64,000 nt of DNA, from the IMG/VR virus record IMGVR_UViG_3300045988_179062; one strand, 5' to 3'. Source of the DNA: a virus. The first letter of the stretch is position 1; every line of letters begins with the position of its first letter. Below the pieces are notes generated by a model that had not been told where the DNA came from, made no database searches, and saw only the letters and a program-made list of their open reading frames with translations. Below, in pieces: positions 9,330 through 18,206 of the stretch. A program made the translations under genes and the position numbers.

Positions 9330-10190
9330 ATGAGCAATCGAACGATTAGTACGAATCAGTTGACGCCGGGGCGAATCTTCCTCGTTCGCGGTAAGGTCGG
9401 ATTCTCCCGACTGACTTCCCGAATCGAGGGCGAGGAGCTTCAGCAGGACATCCAGCGCCGTCGCAGCAAGGGATGGCTGCCTATTGAGAAGCCCTACACG
9501 ACCATCACCATCAATCAGGCTGAGGTCATCGTGAAGGACCGCAACAACATTCAGCCCGAGGAGCAGTATGCCATCGAGTCGCTCTACATGAGCAGCTCTC
9601 AGCGCGGACAGGGAGGTTACTCCTACACCGCCAACAACAAGGGCACTCGCTCCCTTCCTTACATCGCAGTGACCCGCGCCGGTGCGCAGGGCGTTGTCGA
9701 CCAGATTCAGCCTGAGGGCGAGCTGGCCAACGGACTTGATGTCACGCTTGTTATGCGTGTCTTCAAGGGCAAGCCGAACATCGGTGTGAGCCTTGACGGT
9801 GTCATCGTCAACGAGCCGATTCGTTACTTCGATAACACTCGCGCAGGTGCCGGCCTTGACGGCTTTGGCATCACGTTCAACCCGCTGGCTCCGGGAACTC
9901 TGCCTACTGCCGCCGAGAACGACAACGGCTACAGTGCAGACCAGCCTGCTTATGCGGGTCATGAGGACCTTCCGTTCGTCTCCGAGGGAGCGGCTGCCGC
10001 TGGCAACACCGCCAACCCCGTCGCACCTATCGGTGCGATGCCCGGAGCGACCGGTACGGCGCCTGTGACTCCCGTAGCACCTGCGGGCAATGCGATGAAC
10101 GCGCCTATCAACCCGATGGGAACTGCTCCGCAGAACGGCGGGATTCGCTATGACCCCAATCAGCCCGGAAGCGAGAATCGCGGGTACTAA
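9330..10190 (+). CDS. phage/plasmid ssDNA-binding protein-like (DUF2815-like OB-fold) with an Ala/Pro/Gly-rich acidic C-terminal tail
   Basis: The N-terminal 'GRIFLVRGKVGFSRL' block resembles the DUF2815/SSB-like family. The low-complexity C-terminal tail ending in ...GSENRGY resembles SSB tails. A strong RBS is present. This is a resemblance call, not a database hit. Confidence 0.4.
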   Translation: MSNRTISTNQLTPGRIFLVRGKVGFSRLTSRIEGEELQQDIQRRRSKGWLPIEKPYTTITINQAEVIVKDRNNIQPEEQYAIESLYMSSSQRGQGGYSYTANNKGTRSLPYIAVTRAGAQGVVDQIQPEGELANGLDVTLVMRVFKGKPNIGVSLDGVIVNEPIRYFDNTRAGAGLDGFGITFNPLAPGTLPTAAENDNGYSADQPAYAGHEDLPFVSEGAAAAGNTANPVAPIGAMPGATGTAPVTPVAPAGNAMNAPINPMGTAPQNGGIRYDPNQPGSENRGY

Positions 10191-10292
10191 GACTAAGACA
10201 TAGACTTGACCCGGCAAATCATCGCCACTGCCTGCCGCACAGACCCATCCTCTGTGCGGCTTTTCTTTTATCTACAGAAAGGAGGTAACCAC

Positions 10293-10664
10293 ATGAAAAT
10301 CAAGGACTTCACCGTCGGACAGCCTGCATACCTACTCGAAGGACGGCATGGCCGACTCGAAGGGACAGACCGCATCAGAAAGGTCAATGTCCTGAAGGTC
10401 GGACGCGTCTACGTAACCATCGACGACTATGGTCGACGCTTTGGCTTGCTGGGAAGTCGGGACCCATATCTCTCCGAGGTATCCCCCGTCACGATGGCGG
10501 CAAAACTATTCCTTACATACGATGACGCCGTCGATGAGATAAAGCGGGAAACCCTCATCAGGAAAATCCACAGCGCACCGTTCAAGTCCATCTGCGACTG
10601 CACACTCGCCCAGCTTGAGCAAATCGACGATATACTTTTCTCTGACAAGGAAGGCGAGCGATGA
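10293..10664 (+). CDS. hypothetical protein
   Basis: ATG at 10293 follows GAAAGGAGG. It is translationally coupled to the next gene (ATGA overlap at 10662-10667). Confidence 0.45.
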   Translation: MKIKDFTVGQPAYLLEGRHGRLEGTDRIRKVNVLKVGRVYVTIDDYGRRFGLLGSRDPYLSEVSPVTMAAKLFLTYDDAVDEIKRETLIRKIHSAPFKSICDCTLAQLEQIDDILFSDKEGER

Positions 10665-11216
10665 ATGACGACGAATGACATAGAACGCACTTTCCGGTTT
10701 TCCGGCATCTATTTTCCCGGACGCAAACGCCCCATGTCCATCCTCATCACGTTGTACCTCATCCACGACAGCAAAAATCGACCCGTATTCGCCGTACGGG
10801 CAAATGCCTATGGACTGAAGAACGCAACAGCCATGTCCATCGCATGGAACATCGCGAAACAGCATGATGGGATGGCCAAAACAGCAAAACCGCTTCGCGA
10901 TAACCCATTATTCGCTGAACTGTATCGCCTATACAATCTGTATAACCGAAACGACCTGCATGCTGGAACGCCAGCACAGGAAGAGGCGATACGGCAAGCC
11001 ATACACGATGGAAAACTGAATGACCCCACGCAGGTCGCCATCGTCTCCTATCTCAAATCGCTGCGTCTCTACATAGACGAGACCGTCCGTGACGCGGCGG
11101 GGGAACCCCACCGCTACGGACACGGGAGAGTATATGCTGAGATACCGAAATACGACCTTTATCGTATCCGGCATCTCATCGAAACCGGCAACATTCACTA
11201 CGAACAGAAAGCATAA
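10665..11216 (+). CDS. hypothetical protein
   Basis: Coding compositional bias is present and the gene is coupled to the upstream gene. Confidence 0.45.
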   Translation: MTTNDIERTFRFSGIYFPGRKRPMSILITLYLIHDSKNRPVFAVRANAYGLKNATAMSIAWNIAKQHDGMAKTAKPLRDNPLFAELYRLYNLYNRNDLHAGTPAQEEAIRQAIHDGKLNDPTQVAIVSYLKSLRLYIDETVRDAAGEPHRYGHGRVYAEIPKYDLYRIRHLIETGNIHYEQKA

Positions 11217-11233
11217 CAAGGAGGTGATAGTCC

Positions 11234-12223
11234 ATGCCGACCATAAAACAGGTCCATAGTCACTATCAGACATTTCTGTCCAATCCAACTATCCAGCGAC
11301 TCATGTCCATCCCCAAATGGACTATCTCGGACAAGGACAAGCGCCCCATCAGCATGTACAACCTGCTTTACCGCAATCAGGTACGAGGCGCACAGACCGA
11401 CATGCCCGGAGACATGCTCGAACTGCCAAAGCTCATCGAACGGTTCAGCATGCACTTTCCCGGCGAAGGCATGATATCGAACTTCGTATTCTACCTTGAT
11501 GTCATGGTCGATGACATCGTCATTCTCGACATCGAGCCGTCCTGTCCATCGACATTGAAACGAGAGTTTCTGCAACTGCCGTACCTCTATGGCGAAACCT
11601 CGCTATCCGGCAAGGGCATCCACTTGGTCTTTCCGAAGCCCAAGAACTTCGACAATTTCCCTGCCGCCGCCAAGAAGGTCGCCATGAAGGGACCCGGCAA
11701 GCACTACGAGATTCTCATGAACCATTGGGTCACGTTCACCGGACGACCGCTCGGGCATCCTGTCGGCAAGAATCCCGAAAACCAAAAGCCGTTTGAGCTT
11801 CTGTATGCAAAACTCGCCATAAAACAGAAGGAAGCGCAGACCGCAGAACTGCATCTCGACGCGCAAAGGCTCAAGGACGACATTGCCGAGATTCCTGATT
11901 CGGACTACATCATGGACATTCTGCTCCGTCCGGCCAACGATGTCCGCATCAGCGTGGAACAATACGATGGCGACATGTCCCGTTACGAGTTCGCATACTT
12001 CGGTATCAAGTATTCTCAGCTGGCAAATCTGCTGTCCAGCACGCGAATCAAAAAGAACGGGCACACTTACACAGCCGAAGACTATATTCGCCTTTTGTAT
12101 GCCATCAGCGTTCAACAGCTGCCGCATCGTGATAAGCACGACACCGTACGTCAGCACATGCCATGGTTACTCTATGAAGCAACGCAAATCGTTGGGCAGC
12201 GCGCCAGCGAAAAGAAAAAGTAA
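11234..12223 (+). CDS. archaeo-eukaryotic primase-like (bifunctional Prim-Pol domain) protein
   Basis: AEP motif I is 'IVILDIEPS' (an acidic D-x-E dyad). Motif II is 'SLSGKGIHLVF' (sGxGxHhhh). RBS AAGGAGG is upstream. Confidence 0.55.
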   Translation: MPTIKQVHSHYQTFLSNPTIQRLMSIPKWTISDKDKRPISMYNLLYRNQVRGAQTDMPGDMLELPKLIERFSMHFPGEGMISNFVFYLDVMVDDIVILDIEPSCPSTLKREFLQLPYLYGETSLSGKGIHLVFPKPKNFDNFPAAAKKVAMKGPGKHYEILMNHWVTFTGRPLGHPVGKNPENQKPFELLYAKLAIKQKEAQTAELHLDAQRLKDDIAEIPDSDYIMDILLRPANDVRISVEQYDGDMSRYEFAYFGIKYSQLANLLSSTRIKKNGHTYTAEDYIRLLYAISVQQLPHRDKHDTVRQHMPWLLYEATQIVGQRASEKKK

Positions 12224-12244
12224 ACCCGAAAGGAGGGATTGCCG

Positions 12245-13369
12245 ATGGGGAAATCGCGCAAAAACCGAAGGAACAAACCGCGCATGGTCTATAAACCGAG
12301 AAACACCCGAGACATGCCGTCAATCAACAAGACCATGCAGGACGACTTAATCGCGCTCGCGCACAACAGAAATATCGTCGATGATGCCAAATTCAAAGCC
12401 CTGATACGGCAATACGAAGGTCGCCTCATGGACCAATACAACCGAGCGCTTGTTCGTAAAGGCATGCCTGACATCTTCGACATGGCCGATTACGATGTCA
12501 TAGACATCGCACGCATCATGGTCAATAAGGACGGCATGTTCCATGTTCAGCTCTCTGATGACCAGTGGCGCGACAGCGAGGAATATCTCAACCAGAACCA
12601 ATGGATGGCATTCCTCCCCTGTTTCCCCTATGGAATACTGTCGTATGCGTCGAAAAACGGCGTCTACTTCGAACTCAGACATGTAGACGCAGAGCGCCAC
12701 ATGATGGACGTTCGCATCGTGCGCTATGCCATAAACGGTCAAGAGCTTTGCTTCGGCGATGACATTTACGCCACAGTGGATTTCGAGCATACCGACAACA
12801 GTATCGAACCGAACATCATGCTCAGCCCACGCACCCGAACTTATATGGACCTGTACACCAGTCTGAACGCTGAACGCAAGTGCACATGGAACAAGTTCGA
12901 CTCACAGGTGTGGCGCAAACTTATCATGGACAAACGCGACATCGTCAACATGAATGAGCATCTGCAGGACATGAAAGACCAAGTGAAGCAGTTTATCTAC
13001 CTCATTGCCCTTGTAAACAGCATCATCAACAAGCGTTCGCGACATGTCCAGTCAACACCTGCCGGGCAACGTATCACGACCGATACGGCCATCATTTTCG
13101 ACAAAAACGATTACACGCCGGAAATGAATATCCACGCATACGGGAACCTGATACTCATTCGTTCCGTGTATCAGCCCGTCGCTCCGATTGCCAACATCAA
13201 ATACACGACGCCCTCATGGCATGTACGCGGTCACCTGCGTCACTATAAAAGCGGGGTCGTCACGCATGTCACGCCCCATACGCGCACGCGACATGGGCTT
13301 GAAGATGATGGCATATCACCCAAAACAATTATCCGAATCGAATGCGATGACGACGGCAAGGAGGGATAA
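12245..13369 (+). CDS. hypothetical protein
   Basis: ATG at 12245 lies 7 nt after AGGAGGG (the track start at 12239 is a TTG). No motifs are recognised. Confidence 0.5.
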   Translation: MGKSRKNRRNKPRMVYKPRNTRDMPSINKTMQDDLIALAHNRNIVDDAKFKALIRQYEGRLMDQYNRALVRKGMPDIFDMADYDVIDIARIMVNKDGMFHVQLSDDQWRDSEEYLNQNQWMAFLPCFPYGILSYASKNGVYFELRHVDAERHMMDVRIVRYAINGQELCFGDDIYATVDFEHTDNSIEPNIMLSPRTRTYMDLYTSLNAERKCTWNKFDSQVWRKLIMDKRDIVNMNEHLQDMKDQVKQFIYLIALVNSIINKRSRHVQSTPAGQRITTDTAIIFDKNDYTPEMNIHAYGNLILIRSVYQPVAPIANIKYTTPSWHVRGHLRHYKSGVVTHVTPHTRTRHGLEDDGISPKTIIRIECDDDGKEG

Positions 13370-13478
13370 TCACTGACTATCATCGCGTTTAACCGATATC
13401 ATCGGGTCGACGGCAAATCCCAAGCGCCGACGACATAGGAATATCCAAACCCGATAACCAGAAAGGAGACAATAAACA

Positions 13479-14168
13479 ATGACCGATTTTATTCCTACCG
13501 CGTTTGTGACAGGAATCATCGCTGTCGTATGCCTCGTCGTCACCTTGCTCGTTTTCGTTGCGATGTACTTCGCAAAACGAAACGACACGACAACCGCAAT
13601 CAGCCTCGATAACGACGGCGTAAAACAAGTCGTAAAGACCAAACCGACTGAATGGTTTCGCCGACGCATTGTGTGCGCTATTGCACTCGTTATCAACGTC
13701 ATAGCCCTTGCATCCATCATCGCAATGGCCTTCGTCTACAACCAAGGTGCGCAAAAAGGCATGACAATGGATAACTGGAAAACGATGAATCTTGGCGAAA
13801 TCGTTACGACAAACGATAAAACGCCTGTCAGTCAAACGCTTCCAAACGAACGAAACGGCGCCATCGTCATTCTCTACAAGTACAACTGCGCAGATTGCGA
13901 AGCCATATACGACCAGTTGAATGACGCTATTAAAGACATTGACGCCAAAGACGTCTACTTCGTTGCGTCTTCATCCGAAACCGGACAGGACCTCATCGAG
14001 GAAGGCGACATCCAAACTGCGCCGACAGGCATTTATCTCAGACATGAGGCTTTGAATAATGGCGCTGCCATTACTCACATCCCTCTTTCCACATCAAACG
14101 GCAACGAAACCATTCTCGATGTCGCAGCGCTGAAACGACTTGTTCTTTTGCAAAGCAACGAAAAATAA
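13479..14168 (+). CDS. membrane-anchored thioredoxin-like (CxxC) protein
   Basis: Two N-terminal TM helices are predicted. The extracytoplasmic domain carries 'IVILYKYNCADCEAIY', which resembles a thioredoxin-fold CxxC active site. Confidence 0.35.
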   Translation: MTDFIPTAFVTGIIAVVCLVVTLLVFVAMYFAKRNDTTTAISLDNDGVKQVVKTKPTEWFRRRIVCAIALVINVIALASIIAMAFVYNQGAQKGMTMDNWKTMNLGEIVTTNDKTPVSQTLPNERNGAIVILYKYNCADCEAIYDQLNDAIKDIDAKDVYFVASSSETGQDLIEEGDIQTAPTGIYLRHEALNNGAAITHIPLSTSNGNETILDVAALKRLVLLQSNEK

Positions 14169-14174
14169 GGAGGG

Positions 14175-15092
14175 TTGCCCATGTCAAAACCGAAAAACCG
14201 CAATGCGGAACGCATCAAGAACGGAAAGCAACCGCACAACATCTGCAAAACTGCGAAGAATAAGCCCTTCATCGGGAACAACGTCTTCACTACCGAAGAC
14301 ATCGACATCGTCAAGCGATTCACCGAGACGTATCCCGATGACTGGACCCTGCAGGAAATCAAGGACATCCTTCCCAACACGCATACGCTGAAGAACGTCA
14401 GCAACTTCCTGCTCAGGATGTTCCCGCAGCAGGTCATCGACGAGCACGCAGCCATGCCGCAGCCCGTACGCGAGACTGCGGAGCCGAAAAGCAAACCGAA
14501 CACGAAGCCCACGAAGGAAGAACTCGCCCGCATGCGAATCGACTGCTGGGTTCAACAGCTCTTCCCCTACCTCGGCCCCTCGTATACGAACTATCCCGAC
14601 ATCATGCGCAAATACACCGGCCTCGAAGTGTCGAACGACGAGGTTATCGCCCATGCGGCAAAGCTGGGCGTTTCCTACATCGAGCCGATATGGACGACCA
14701 CTGAGGACGAGCTGCTCATCGACTGCAAGGACGACCTGCTCACCGACGGCAACGCGGACTGGCACATCTACACAGATACCTTCGACACGAAACGGTCGAA
14801 ATATCAAGTTATCAACCGCATCAGCCTGCTTGAGCAGGCGCTGCTCACTCCTGAAGACGAGCAGACCGACGATACGATTGACGACACCACCACAGAAAAG
14901 GAGGACGACGCTATGAACAATAACACTAACACCGATACCACCGTAACCGATAGCGAAAAGAATCGCGAGGACTTCCGTAAGCTCAGCGACATCCTGATGA
15001 GCCTCTCGCCCGACGTGACGCTTCACATCGACATTAAGTTCCCCGACGGCATGGCCATCCGCTTTGACCGTGAGGCGAAAGGAGGGAACTAA
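14175..15092 (+). CDS. hypothetical acidic protein
   Basis: A strong RBS is present. There is a highly acidic Thr/Asp-rich C-terminal region. Confidence 0.5.
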   Translation: MPMSKPKNRNAERIKNGKQPHNICKTAKNKPFIGNNVFTTEDIDIVKRFTETYPDDWTLQEIKDILPNTHTLKNVSNFLLRMFPQQVIDEHAAMPQPVRETAEPKSKPNTKPTKEELARMRIDCWVQQLFPYLGPSYTNYPDIMRKYTGLEVSNDEVIAHAAKLGVSYIEPIWTTTEDELLIDCKDDLLTDGNADWHIYTDTFDTKRSKYQVINRISLLEQALLTPEDEQTDDTIDDTTTEKEDDAMNNNTNTDTTVTDSEKNREDFRKLSDILMSLSPDVTLHIDIKFPDGMAIRFDREAKGGN

Positions 15093-15094
15093 TC

Positions 15095-15886
15095 ATGATG
15101 TATCTCATCCTCGGTCGCACCGGCTCCGGCAAGACCCATCTCGCCAACCTGCTCGAGCGCCACGGTCTTTCCCGTGTGAAGTCCCGCACAACGCGAGCGC
15201 CTCGCTCCGAGAACGAGGACAGCTATATCTTCGTCAGCGAGGAAGAGGCAGCCGCTTGCCAGAACCGCATCACGGATACCGTCATCAACGGTGCTACGTA
15301 CTACACGACGCCTGACGACCTTGTTGGAAAGGATTTCTATATCATTGACCCCATCGGCGCCAAGAAGCTCGCCGAGGCGATACCCGATGAGACATTCGTC
15401 ATCCTGTACGTCTCAGCCAAGGACGATGCACAACGCAAGGAACACGCCACAAACCGCGATGACGCTTATACGTCAGAGGCGTTTGACGCGCGTGATGCCA
15501 GCGAGGACGAACAGTTCTCTGCGTTCGAGCAGCAAATCAGCGATTCCACAGACATGAGTGCCATGGACATCCCCGATAACGTGCGCGCAGTGCATGTCAT
15601 CGTCAACGACTACGCCCCGGAAACGCTGCGAAACGAAGCCATCGCTCAGCGAAACCAGATGGTCCTCGTTCGTCGCATCGCGACGCTTGTTACCGATGCC
15701 GCCGCACAGGGCGTAATGAAGTCCGACGAATCCGGCCATATCCTTATGCACGACCGTGACGGCAAGGAGACATGGCACAACGCCGAAGATGTGGCGCTTC
15801 TGCTACTGCTTGACCGCAATGCGTTCTATGGCTTCATGTGCACCATGACGGTTCGTTCCGACCGCATGTCCGCGCTTGACGTATAA
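15095..15886 (+). CDS. guanylate kinase-like P-loop protein with a C-terminal extension
   Basis: The Walker A is 'GRTGSGKTHLA'. The guanylate-kinase signature is 'SRTTRAPRSENEDSYIFVSEEE' (compare S-x-TTR-x-PR...Y-x-FVS). The C-terminal ~120 aa is unrelated to GMP kinase. Confidence 0.55.
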   Translation: MMYLILGRTGSGKTHLANLLERHGLSRVKSRTTRAPRSENEDSYIFVSEEEAAACQNRITDTVINGATYYTTPDDLVGKDFYIIDPIGAKKLAEAIPDETFVILYVSAKDDAQRKEHATNRDDAYTSEAFDARDASEDEQFSAFEQQISDSTDMSAMDIPDNVRAVHVIVNDYAPETLRNEAIAQRNQMVLVRRIATLVTDAAAQGVMKSDESGHILMHDRDGKETWHNAEDVALLLLLDRNAFYGFMCTMTVRSDRMSALDV

Positions 15887-15889
15887 CGC

Positions 15890-15925
15890 AAAAATCCCCG
15901 ACCCTACACGGGTCGGGGATATCGT
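15890..15925. terminator. bidirectional terminator between convergent genes
   Basis: The stem is CCCCGACCC / GGGTCGGGG with loop TACAC. An A-run lies upstream and a T-rich tract follows on the minus strand. Confidence 0.65.
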
Positions 15926-15946
15926 TTCACACCTATGACATTGCGC

Positions 15947-16534
15947 TTACCACGGAACCGGTCTGCCAAAGTACAAGTAAACGCAGATGATGGCGACAGC
16001 TACGATGCTTCCTGTCACGATATATTCGGAGACACCGCCGACGGAATATAGCTTTGCCCAATGACGGCGTTTTACCTTCGCACCTCCGCTATACGAGACA
16101 TAGCGGGAAATCGGGTAGAACCAGCACACGCCGCCACGGCTGAGCGAGTCCCAGAACAAATGCAAGGCATATCCGAGAGCGGCCCACCACATGGGTGGGA
16201 ACGCAAAGCCTGCCAGAACGAATATCAGCGGAAGCCAAATCGCATGGGTCCACGTGCGATGTTCCATCGGCAGATGGATATATCGCCCCAACATCGACCG
16301 CTCGCTGTCAATATCGGGCAAAAGCGTACCGATATAGAAAAACACCAGTCCAAGTCCTATCACGGCAGATGGGTCGATGCTTCCGTATTGTGTAAAGGCC
16401 GAAATAACCGCAGTCGTAGCGGGCGCAAGCGCCCCGACAGGCGATGCGACTGGCTGTTCGGCTAACGTCATCATCCCGGTGGAGAGAATCGCCAAAGATG
16501 CGGTGTTGACTATCAGATGGTCTCTTCCAAGCAT
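15947..16534 (-). CDS. membrane-bound metal-dependent hydrolase (YdjM-like) family protein
   Basis: The polytopic membrane protein carries conserved His/Asp residues typical of the family ('RTWTHAIWLP', 'LHLFWDSL'). Its ~195-aa size fits. Confidence 0.4.
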   Translation of the reverse strand: MLGRDHLIVNTASLAILSTGMMTLAEQPVASPVGALAPATTAVISAFTQYGSIDPSAVIGLGLVFFYIGTLLPDIDSERSMLGRYIHLPMEHRTWTHAIWLPLIFVLAGFAFPPMWWAALGYALHLFWDSLSRGGVCWFYPISRYVSYSGGAKVKRRHWAKLYSVGGVSEYIVTGSIVAVAIICVYLYFGRPVPW

Positions 16535-16702
16535 AGAAAAACCCCCTTTCCGTTAATCATATTGCTGTCAGTATACCATAAATATGCTGATTTATCAATA
16601 GATTTAACGTAAAAGGGCACGGACAGACGGGGTCCGTGCCCCGAGAGGGGTCATAGCCAGATGCGTCTGGCATATCAAACGCGGAAAGGAGTGAATCACA
16701 TT

Positions 16703-16885
16703 ATGCTGTACGATGAAGCGACCATGACCCGACAGGAAATGGACCAGCTGGAACAGGAGTACATGGAACAGAAGATGCTTGATTTTGGTCGTCTTGCCTT
16801 CTACAGCGACAAGTTCGACCATGACATCGAAATTGCCATGGCTCGGAATCCCTCGTGTAACTGCGTTCGCGTGCCGATGCGATAA
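16703..16885 (+). CDS. small hypothetical protein (60 aa)
   Basis: ATG at 16703 lies 8 nt after GAAAGGAG, in an intergenic gap. Confidence 0.3.
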   Translation: MLYDEATMTRQEMDQLEQEYMEQKMLDFGRLAFYSDKFDHDIEIAMARNPSCNCVRVPMR

Positions 16886-16951
16886 AAAATCCAACCCACA
16901 TCTGCCGGCACGGACGCAAATCAAATCATTCAGAAAAGGAGACTGTTTATC

Positions 16952-18184
16952 ATGAAATTTGACAACGTACTTATGACCTGCGTCCGCAAGGACCTCGAAA
17001 AGAATCTTATTCCCATGTTGCTCGGTGAGCCGGGTATCGGTAAGTCCTCGTGGCTGATGGCACTTGCCGACATGATGCACACGAAGTGCTTCGTTCTCGC
17101 CTGCAACCAGCTTGCCGACAAGGCTGACTTGACCGGTGCCAGACTGGTTCCCGTTACCGATGAGGACGGCAACGTCAAATCCTACAAGCAGGAGTTCTAT
17201 CCTCACGCCGTCATCCATGACGCCATCGAGTATGCCAACGAGCATCCGCATGAGACTCCCATCCTGTTCATGGACGAGTTGAACCGTACGACGCCTGACG
17301 TTACGTCTGAGGCGCTGTCCATCCCTACCCTTCGTGCCATCGGTTCCGTTCATCTTCCGAACAACCTTCGCGTGGTCATCGCCGGCAACGACAAGGGTAA
17401 CGTGACCTCGCTGGACGAGGCTTCCATCTCCCGATTCGTGCTGTACCGCACCCAGCCAGACGTCGAAACGTTCATCAGCGTAAACCCTGAGCTGAATCCG
17501 TTCGTCCGCAACGTGCTGAACGCGCATCCCGAGTGCATCTTCTGCAAGACCATCGGCGACATCACCGCGACCAAGAAGGACGACGATGATGACAGCGACG
17601 ACGATATGTTCATCGAGGACATCATCGACGACGGCGAGACCATGCTGCAGATTACCACTCCGCGTACCATCTCTGCCGTCAGCAATTGGCTGAACGCCTT
17701 CGACAATCAGGAGCTGATTCAGATGCTCACTGATACGCATACGGTGGACGGTGCCGAGATATCCATGCTTCAGGAGGCCATCGAGGGTCACATCGGCGCT
17801 ACGATGTTCTCGACCTACCTCATGGAGGAGATTGCCCGCAACATCATGAACACCAACAACCAGAGCGCAACGCTTCAGGTCGGTAAGCCTGCGGTTTACG
17901 ACACGATGAAGTCCTGCGGTGACGTCAACGCTTTGAATGAGCTGATTGACGACATGTCCGACAATGACCGCTCCGGCTGCTTGCTGTACGCTTTGTACGA
18001 GGCGCAGGACAACACGCCTTACATCAAGGCTCTGTCCGCCAACATCAAGACGTTCACGTCCGGCGACATGAAGACGCTGATGAAGCTCTACGGTGCCGAC
18101 AAGCTGGACAGCCAGAACGTGCAGGCGTTCCTTGCAACCAACTCCCCGATTTCGCAGAAGCTGAGCGTTATCTTGGAGTCTTAA
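16952..18184 (+). CDS. AAA+ ATPase, AAA_5/MoxR-CobS-like
   Basis: The Walker A is 'GEPGIGKSS' and the Walker B is 'ILFMDELNR'. The sensor/arginine region is 'VVIAGNDKG...ISRF'. An acidic Asp-rich insert lies at the C-terminus. Confidence 0.75.
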   Translation: MKFDNVLMTCVRKDLEKNLIPMLLGEPGIGKSSWLMALADMMHTKCFVLACNQLADKADLTGARLVPVTDEDGNVKSYKQEFYPHAVIHDAIEYANEHPHETPILFMDELNRTTPDVTSEALSIPTLRAIGSVHLPNNLRVVIAGNDKGNVTSLDEASISRFVLYRTQPDVETFISVNPELNPFVRNVLNAHPECIFCKTIGDITATKKDDDDDSDDDMFIEDIIDDGETMLQITTPRTISAVSNWLNAFDNQELIQMLTDTHTVDGAEISMLQEAIEGHIGATMFSTYLMEEIARNIMNTNNQSATLQVGKPAVYDTMKSCGDVNALNELIDDMSDNDRSGCLLYALYEAQDNTPYIKALSANIKTFTSGDMKTLMKLYGADKLDSQNVQAFLATNSPISQKLSVILES

Positions 18185-18206
18185 TCAGAAAGGAGATGAC
18201 AGCATA

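Noticed and set aside
16604-17791. 395-aa minus-strand ORF overlapping the AAA_5 ATPase gene. 20007..21326 (-) over the Clp-like gene, 5020..6327 (-) over nrdD, 1913..3124 (-) and 22547..23971 (-) over the helicase gene are similar cases.
   Set aside because: Each plus-strand partner has an unambiguous family signature (Walker A/B, glycyl radical, and others). The minus-strand translations are compositionally biased shadows.
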